Shown one piece after another: positions 1 to 5,364 of a stretch of DNA of 64,000 bases (position 1 is the stretch's first letter; every line of letters starts with the position of its first letter). The translations under genes were made by a program, and so were the position numbers. The notes below the pieces were generated by a model, which was not told the origin of the DNA, made no database searches, and worked only from the letters and a program-made list of their open reading frames with translations. Origin of the DNA: Chloroflexota bacterium (GTDB lineage: Bacteria; Chloroflexota; Anaerolineae; UBA1429); NCBI GenBank assembly GCA_012841405.1, contig DUUT01000054.1, forward strand, positions 6,220 to 70,219. The letters are read 5' to 3'.

Positions 1-1344
1 CACCAGGATGGCCAACCCGGCGTACTTGCCGATGGTCACGTAGAGGCGCTCGCGGGCCGCCTGCTCCATGGCCTCCGCCTCGGCCTCGTAGTAGCTGCGA
101 TCGAACGGCATCCCCTTGACGCTGACCACATCGCCGCGCTCTGCATCAAAGCCAACGGCCGCAGAGACGGCCTCCTGAATATCGCTGAGGTGCTGGGCAT
201 CGGTGATCCCGTCGATGAGGACCGACACGGCCAACCGTTCGACACGCCCCGGTGCGTTGCTCGAGTGCGTCTCGACGCGCGACACTTCATAGTTGCGCAG
301 CGATTCTTCCCGGGCATAGTCACCCGTCTCTTCCAGCGAGGCCTCAGACGCGGGCATCGGCGAATCCGGAGCCGGTGGCAGGTTGGTGTCGGCCCCGGGA
401 ATGCCGCCCACGCCCGACTCGGTGCCCTTGTACCGCTCGACGATGTCTTGCGAGCTGCGCAGCACCCCTTCCCCCGTACCGGGAGCATAGGTCTCGCTGA
501 CGCTCTCAACGCGGTTCCAGTCCATGGTGACCTGCGCCTGTACGACGGCGCGTCCGGGGCCCACGAGCTGCTCCAGCATCGACTGGACCTTGGCCTCGAG
601 GGTGCGCTCGTAGGCGCGCTGGATCTCGAGCTGCTGGGAGCTGATCTCGAGTGCCTGCTCGAGGGTGACGTCTTCGGCGCCGGATGCCAGCGTGTTCCCC
701 TGGGTATCGACAATGGCCAGGTTGTCGGGGTCCAGTCCCTCCACGCTGCCCGCCACGAGGTAGCGGATGGCGCGGATCTGTGCCTTGGTGAGGCTCGCGC
801 CGGGGGCGAGGCGGATCATGATGGAGGCCGTCGGATCGACCCGCTGGGACGCGTAGAGTGACTGCTGGGGGATGACGAGGTGCACGCGGACCTGATCCAC
901 CGCATCGAGGCTGGCGATGGTGCGCGCCAGCTCGCCCTCGAGGGCGCGGCGATAGTTCACCTCCTGGTAGAACTCGCTCATGCCCAGGTTGCTGGCGTCG
1001 AACAGCTCAAAGCCGATGGCGCCCCCCTTGGGGAGACCCTCGGCGGCCATGGCCAGGCGCACCTCTGCCAGAGCGTTGCGCGGCACAAGGATCGAGCCGT
1101 CATCGCCCAGGCGGTAGGGATAGCCCTTCTCCTTGAGACTGGCGACGACCTCTGCGGCGTCGTCAGCGTCCAGCCCCTTGAAGGCGACCGCATAGTCCGG
1201 CGTGCGCGCCCAGGTGGCAAAGACCACCATCATGATGACGGCCAGCGTGGTGAGCCCCGCCAGCGCGATGCGCTGCACCCGGCTCAAGCGCGTCCACAGC
1301 GACGCAAGATTGGTTCCCATATGTCCCATGAATGACGGCATCAT
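1..1344 (-). CDS. fliF: Flagellar M-ring protein FliF, N-terminal ~440 aa (partial, continues past the left edge)
   Basis: Open-ended minus-strand frame, absent from the ORF track because it runs off the window. My translation from ATG 1320 reads MGTNLASLWTRLSRVQRIALAGL...PDYAVAFKGLDADDAAEVVASLKEKGYPYRLGDDGSILVPRNALAEVRLAMAAEGLPKGG..FELFD..YQEVNYRRALEGELARTI, the conserved FliF/YscJ-type N-terminus, and stays open to position 1. In-frame ATGs also lie at 1329, 1341 and 1344, so the start is uncertain. It follows fliE as in canonical flgC-fliE-fliF operons. Confidence 0.9.
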   Translation of the reverse strand, partial: MMPSFMGHMGTNLASLWTRLSRVQRIALAGLTTLAVIMMVVFATWARTPDYAVAFKGLDADDAAEVVASLKEKGYPYRLGDDGSILVPRNALAEVRLAMAAEGLPKGGAIGFELFDASNLGMSEFYQEVNYRRALEGELARTIASLDAVDQVRVHLVIPQQSLYASQRVDPTASIMIRLAPGASLTKAQIRAIRYLVAGSVEGLDPDNLAIVDTQGNTLASGAEDVTLEQALEISSQQLEIQRAYERTLEAKVQSMLEQLVGPGRAVVQAQVTMDWNRVESVSETYAPGTGEGVLRSSQDIVERYKGTESGVGGIPGADTNLPPAPDSPMPASEASLEETGDYAREESLRNYEVSRVETHSSNAPGRVERLAVSVLIDGITDAQHLSDIQEAVSAAVGFDAERGDVVSVKGMPFDRSYYEAEAEAMEQAARERLYVTIGKYAGLAILV

Positions 1345-1391
1345 CTTCCCCGGGGTGTGCGAGACGTGGAATCAGCGATCAAGCGCCCACG

Positions 1392-1706
1392 CTACACCTG
1401 CATGCGCATGACCTCTTGGTATGCCTGCACGAGCTTGTTGCGCAGCTGAAGCGCTACCCGAAACGTCAGATCCGTCTTTTCCGCCGAGAGCATCACCTGG
1501 TGGAGATCGACCTGCTGCCCAGCGATCAGCTTCTCGATGGCGCGGTCCGATTCGGCTTGCGTCTCCATGAGGTAGTCGAGGGCGTCGCCAAAGCTCGTGC
1601 CCGCCGCGGCGGCGTGGGGCGTGGCGGCCAGCGTTGCCGTCTCGCGGCTGGCGAGGGTTTGGCGGATCGTCTGGAGTGCCTGTGTGGCGGAAGTCTCGGG
1701 AATCAT
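1392..1706 (-). CDS. fliE: Flagellar hook-basal body complex protein FliE
   Basis: 104 aa. The C-terminal ...LIAGQQVDLHQVMLSAEKTDLTFRVALQLRNKLVQAYQEVMRMQV matches the FliE signature. Sits between flgC and fliF. Confidence 0.9.
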   Translation of the reverse strand: MIPETSATQALQTIRQTLASRETATLAATPHAAAAGTSFGDALDYLMETQAESDRAIEKLIAGQQVDLHQVMLSAEKTDLTFRVALQLRNKLVQAYQEVMRMQV

Positions 1707-1742
1707 GGCGTCCTCTTACATGGTAGCCGGGGTGCAGCCGGA

Positions 1743-1880
1743 CTAGGTAGTGTATGGGAAAAGGGCCACAGCGTCGTTCTGAGCGTGGCGAGAACCCTTG
1801 TCGATGGGCGTCAAGGCCCCTCGCGTACGCTCGGGGCGACATCGTTACGACGTCGGGTGCATTTTCGAATCACGGCCTAG
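1743..1880 (+). mobile_element. MITE-like palindromic repeat, copy A (138 bp, CTAG...CTAG), in the fliE-flgC intergenic space
   Basis: About 85-90% identical by eye to 39721-39858 and 43901-44038. Imperfect terminal inverted repeats: GGTAGTGT(A/T)TGG..AAAAGG at the left end, against CGTTTTTGAAACACGGCC at the right end in copies B and C (GCATTTTCGAATCACGGCC in this copy). Bounded by CTAG at both ends. The right-hand CTAG (1877-1880) supplies the TAG stop codon of flgC on the minus strand. Confidence 0.75.
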
Positions 1881-2335
1881 CGGCCGATCTCGAGTGCCTT
1901 CATGGCCAGCTGTTTGATGCTATCGATGACCGTCACATTGGCCTGGTAGGAGCGTGTCGCCGAGATCATGTCGGTCATCTCGGTGACCACGTCGACGTTC
2001 GGGTACTCGACGTACCCCTCGGCATCGGCGTCGGGATGCTCCGGCTCGTACACCCGCGCGCCGGGCGCGTCGTCGATCAGGATGCGCGTCGCCTCGACGC
2101 CAGCGATGCCGTCATCGGGGCCGAGCGACCTGGCGGCCGTGAACGACGGTGGAAGGGCGAGCTGGAAGGGCTTTTCCTTCGGTTCGACGACGATGCGCCG
2201 GCGCTGGTAGGCCCCACCGTCGGCGGTTCGCGTCGTGTTGACGTTGGCAATGTTGTTGGCGATCACGTTCAGGCGCAGGCGCTGCGTGCTGAGCGCTGAT
2301 CCCGCTGTTCTGAGGACTCGGAACACGTCGTGCAT
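1877..2335 (-). CDS. flgC: Flagellar basal-body rod protein FlgC
   Basis: 152 aa. N-terminal ...ALSTQRLRLNVIANNIANVNTTRT and C-terminal YPNVDVVTEMTDMISATRSYQANVTVIDSIKQLAMKALEIGR are canonical FlgC motifs. Confidence 0.95.
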   Translation of the reverse strand: MHDVFRVLRTAGSALSTQRLRLNVIANNIANVNTTRTADGGAYQRRRIVVEPKEKPFQLALPPSFTAARSLGPDDGIAGVEATRILIDDAPGARVYEPEHPDADAEGYVEYPNVDVVTEMTDMISATRSYQANVTVIDSIKQLAMKALEIGR

Positions 2336-2341
2336 GGTCGT

Positions 2342-3739
2342 CTACCTCATTGCAGTTGCCAGGCGTTTGAGGGCGTCCACCACGGGGCTGACCCAGCCGT
2401 TGCGCTGAAAGAGGGCCTGCCACTCAAAGGCATCGTCATGGCCGCCGCCCGCCTGGTTGGCGAGAATCCAGTAGGTATAGGCGAACGTGTAGGGCTCTGC
2501 CTGGGTCGCCATGTAGCGATAGGCGCCCGATATGAGGTCGACCTGCTTGGCTTCGTCGACCTGCTCGTTCACATAGGTGCCCGCTTCGGTGCCCACAATG
2601 GGGATGATGCGCCCCAACTCGCGCTGCAGGATGTCGGCGTACTGCCGGAAGCGCAGGAACCCGTCGGGGTTGTCCAGCGGCAGGTTCCCGGCATAGTTGT
2701 GCATGCTCAGCCAGCCACGATCGAGCAGCCATTCTTCGCCGCGCTCCTTGAGTCCCCGCAACGCCTGCGTGAGGAAACTGCGGTCGTCCACCTCGCCCTG
2801 CGGGCTGAGCGCCCCGAACCCGGGCAGCCCGCCAGCGGCCACGACGCGCTTGGCGGCGGCGATCCAGACGTCGAGGTAGCGGTTCACGTCCGGGTCGGCA
2901 CCGTCGTTCTCCAGACGGAGATTCGGCTCGTTGTACAGCTGGAAGTAGGAGACGCCGAGCTGCTTGTAGTGGCGTACCAGCGCCTCGAGGTCGCCCATGA
3001 TCGGCGCGAGCCCGGGCGTATAGACGCGCATGACCGGCATGATGCCGCTCTGTACGAGCTTGGACACGAGATAGTCATTGGCGCCGATCTGCGTACCCTC
3101 GTTGAGGATGACCATCCACTTGATGCCCATCTCTTGGGCCTCGCGCACAAAGCGATCGACGACCTCGGGAGTGCTGGACACCGTCGGAATCCAGTGCATT
3201 CCCCAGCCATTGTCAGCGACGGGCCGAGGGTACTCCTCCAGCGCCATCGGCTTACGGCCGGCGATGGGCCCGACGTTGCTCCTGCCCTTGACGGCGCCCA
3301 CCTGCGTCGCGCGCGTGGCGTCGATAGGCGCTGGCGCACTGGCCCCTGTCGAGCCGGTAAGTTGCGCCGGGAGGGGAGTGTCGGGAGGCGGCATGGCTGG
3401 CCTCCCATTGGGCATCACCGGGTCCTCGGGGGCTCTGTCAATGGTCCGTGGTGGAACCCGTACGCGCCCGGCCTGGCGGTACACCTTGGGTACGGCGGCG
3501 GTCCTCAGGTAACGGGTCTGCTGCCACGTCCGCGCTCGCGCGGGAGCCTGCGGTTGAGGCTGTGGCTGAGGGGCACTCTCCGCCGGCTGGGATTCGGCGC
3601 GTTTCCCGTCGAGGAGCAGAGCGAAGGACTGCCCGTTGGGCTGCCCATTTGGCGCGACGGGATGCGGCAGGCGCCCCTCAGTGAGAGAAGCCGGGGACTC
3701 TGCCCGTACCATCGTAATGTCACGCATAGCGTCCGTCAT
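2342..3739 (-). CDS. Clan GH-A (beta/alpha)8 glycoside-hydrolase-like protein with ~165-aa Pro/Gln/Ala-rich disordered N-terminus; first gene of the flgC-fliE-fliF operon
   Basis: 465 aa. The C-terminal 300 aa show the 4/7-superfamily pattern: GMHWIP, IKWMVILNEG, MPVMRVY, YFQLYNEPN (Asn270-Glu271-Pro272 acid/base motif), WLSMHNY, IPIVGTEAG (Glu385, putative nucleophile), YTYWIL. No signal peptide or TM segment. The stop lies 6 nt before the flgC start. Confidence 0.6.
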   Translation of the reverse strand: MTDAMRDITMVRAESPASLTEGRLPHPVAPNGQPNGQSFALLLDGKRAESQPAESAPQPQPQPQAPARARTWQQTRYLRTAAVPKVYRQAGRVRVPPRTIDRAPEDPVMPNGRPAMPPPDTPLPAQLTGSTGASAPAPIDATRATQVGAVKGRSNVGPIAGRKPMALEEYPRPVADNGWGMHWIPTVSSTPEVVDRFVREAQEMGIKWMVILNEGTQIGANDYLVSKLVQSGIMPVMRVYTPGLAPIMGDLEALVRHYKQLGVSYFQLYNEPNLRLENDGADPDVNRYLDVWIAAAKRVVAAGGLPGFGALSPQGEVDDRSFLTQALRGLKERGEEWLLDRGWLSMHNYAGNLPLDNPDGFLRFRQYADILQRELGRIIPIVGTEAGTYVNEQVDEAKQVDLISGAYRYMATQAEPYTFAYTYWILANQAGGGHDDAFEWQALFQRNGWVSPVVDALKRLATAMR

Positions 3740-3876
3740 GCCAGGACCTCACCAGACTGGGGCGTGTGGCGCACTCCACACGCTCGCGAGCCGCTATCGG
3801 TGCCGCGATCAGCGCCGGTCGCAACACCACCAATGGCGCCGTCGCGCCTCGGCAGGGGGCGCCACGTCGCAAGGCC

Positions 3877-3910
3877 ACTATAGCAAAGGGGGGCGGGCAA
3901 AGTCAGTAAA
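3877..3910 (-). promoter_or_regulatory. Putative housekeeping-sigma promoter of the GH-flgC-fliE-fliF operon (TTTACTGACT-N18-TATAGT)
   Basis: The minus strand reads CAACTTTACTGACTTTGCCCGCCCCCCTTTGCTATAGTGG. The -35-like CTGACT and -10 TATAGT are 18 nt apart, in the only AT-rich patch upstream of 3739. It shares the TTTACTGAC core with the flbD promoter at 23589. Confidence 0.45.
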
Positions 3911-3998
3911 GTTGTCGTGAAGTAGCTGTGAAAAGAATGTGAATGCGAGGGATGTAGAAAAAGACAAAAGAGGATATTGAGGGTAAAAGCAGCGAGGC

Positions 3999-4078
3999 GA
4001 GGAGGTGGTCTTCTCGGAGGAGGTCTCTTCTCGAGGGAGCCTTCCTTTCGGAGGCCTCCTCTAGGAGGCCTCCTCCAG
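3999..4078. repeat. Degenerate tandem repeat, five units of 14-18 nt rich in GGAGG (plus strand) / CCTCC (minus strand), spanning the sortase stop codon
   Basis: Units: GAGGAGGTGGTCTTCTCG / GAGGAGGTCTCTTCTCG / AGGGAGCCTTCCTTTCG / GAGGCCTCCTCTAG / GAGGCCTCCTCCAG. The last two contain the self-complementary 10-mer GGAGGCCTCC twice (4050-4059 and 4064-4073) flanking the sortase TAG. Confidence 0.6.
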
Positions 4079-4885
4079 AGGGGCGGGGGCAGCGATGACG
4101 ATGAGCCGGTGCGAGTTATCGCGATAGGGCCAGCAGGTGACCAGTGTGAGGCGTTCATCGATGGTGGGGGCAATCCAGAGGGCATTCTGCGCCCTCTGCT
4201 CCTCCGAAACGTGCTTCTCTGGCACGATAAAGCGCTCGCGCACGAGGTAGCGATAGGTCGTCTCTCCCGCGGCGAGGTACACCTCATCCCCCGGCGCCAC
4301 ATCCACCAGGTAGCGAAAGACCTCACCGCGGATGTTGTGGTGCCCCGCGAGCACGACGTTGGTCCCCTCACCGGGCAGGGCGGATCGCTCCAGCCACCCC
4401 ACGGCGGTGCCGGGATCCTCCCAGAGCACGCTCCCGTCCGCTTCCTCGCGCCAGCCCATCGGTACGACGGTTGCGCGGAGGCCGATGGCCGGGATAGCGA
4501 GCTCGGAGGGGGGCGCCTCGGCCAGCGGGATGGCGGGGGGCGGGGGCGCAATCGTCGGTGAGGGCGTCGCCGTCGGTCTAGGAAGGGGGGTGGCGGTCGT
4601 AAGGTAGGCTAGGGGCCGCGGCGGGAGTTGCTGCGGCGGAACGCCTGGCGGAGGGGCTGCCGTGGCGTCGTGCGCCGGCTGGAGCGCCGGTGTCGTGGGG
4701 CGGTCCTCGACGGCAGCACCCGCCGACGGGAGGTGCTCGGCGGTGGGTATCACCACGGTGATACGATTACAGGCCGTGCACTGGAGCAGGCAGACGGTGG
4801 CCGCCAGGAGCGCCAGACCTCGGCGCGCCCCAGACGGCCACCAGAGATGGGTGTGGGTAGCCATGGGCCGGTCAGAGCGATTCAC
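4061..4885 (-). CDS. Sortase-family transpeptidase (membrane-anchored, Pro-rich linker)
   Basis: 274 aa. N-terminal hydrophobic anchor GLALLAATVCLLQCTAC, then a Pro/Thr/Ala linker. The catalytic domain has NVVLAGHHN (His), the TLVTCWP (TLxTC) Cys motif and a downstream Arg (HRLIVIA). GTG start with GCGAGGT RBS, 36 nt after flaG. Confidence 0.85.
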   Translation of the reverse strand: MNRSDRPMATHTHLWWPSGARRGLALLAATVCLLQCTACNRITVVIPTAEHLPSAGAAVEDRPTTPALQPAHDATAAPPPGVPPQQLPPRPLAYLTTATPLPRPTATPSPTIAPPPPAIPLAEAPPSELAIPAIGLRATVVPMGWREEADGSVLWEDPGTAVGWLERSALPGEGTNVVLAGHHNIRGEVFRYLVDVAPGDEVYLAAGETTYRYLVRERFIVPEKHVSEEQRAQNALWIAPTIDERLTLVTCWPYRDNSHRLIVIAAPAPLEEAS

Positions 4886-4921
4886 GCGAAACCTCGCATG
4901 TGTGCAAATCGATGTGGGCCT

Positions 4922-5305
4922 CTAGAGCCGCGTCTCGATGAGGGAGCCGACCTGCGCATTCCCCTCGTAGAGTAGCTTGAGGATCTCCTCCGGCGGGATC
5001 GTGCGGATGACTTGGCCGGACCGACGATCAATGATGCGCACGCTGACCTGCTTGGTGGTGCGATCAATGACAAACTGGACGTACGCATCGCGAAAGGGGC
5101 CGTTGGGCGGCTCGCGCTCTGCCTCGCCGTCGGGCGTGGCGCCCTCGTCCGAATGCCGCACACGCGCCGGTGGTACCCAGTCCTGTCCGGGCGTGGTGAG
5201 TGGATCAACCGAGTTACTCCCCATGAACCGTGCCCACTCGGCGAGGCGCACGGTGAGCCGGTCGATGGGGGGTAGGTTCTCGATCGCGGAGATCGAGTGT
5301 GGCAT
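4922..5305 (-). CDS. flaG: Flagellar protein FlaG
   Basis: 127 aa. The C-terminal VQFVIDRTTKQVSVRIIDRRSGQVIRTIPPEEILKLL matches the FlaG family signature. GAGGAG RBS. Located next to fliD. Confidence 0.8.
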   Translation of the reverse strand: MPHSISAIENLPPIDRLTVRLAEWARFMGSNSVDPLTTPGQDWVPPARVRHSDEGATPDGEAEREPPNGPFRDAYVQFVIDRTTKQVSVRIIDRRSGQVIRTIPPEEILKLLYEGNAQVGSLIETRL

Positions 5306-5364
5306 GTCGTGTACTCCTCTATGCCACGGCTGGGCTCACGGAAGGTCCGAGCCCCATGCCGTGC

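Noticed and set aside
1372-2299. ORFs 1372-1842 (-) and 1754-2299 (+) share peptides with ORFs at 42993-44366 (-) and 43435-44115 (+), for example MSPRAYARGLDAH... and WASRPLAYARGDIV... They could be mistaken for a small repeated gene family.
   Set aside because: The shared peptides come from the three copies of the 138-bp palindromic DNA repeat read in fixed frames. They have no RBS, they overlap fliE/flgC, and the similarity ends at the repeat borders.
3505-3870. Searched for a hidden flgB, or a fusion of FlgB to the N-terminus of the GH-like protein, between the promoter and the hydrolase domain.
   Set aside because: No frame on the minus strand gives the rod-family N-terminal motif (..IA.NIAN..T.GYK). 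The space between the predicted promoter (about 3877) and ATG 3739 is too short for a gene of about 130 aa. The N-terminus of the 465-aa protein is Pro/Gln-rich, not FlgB-like.
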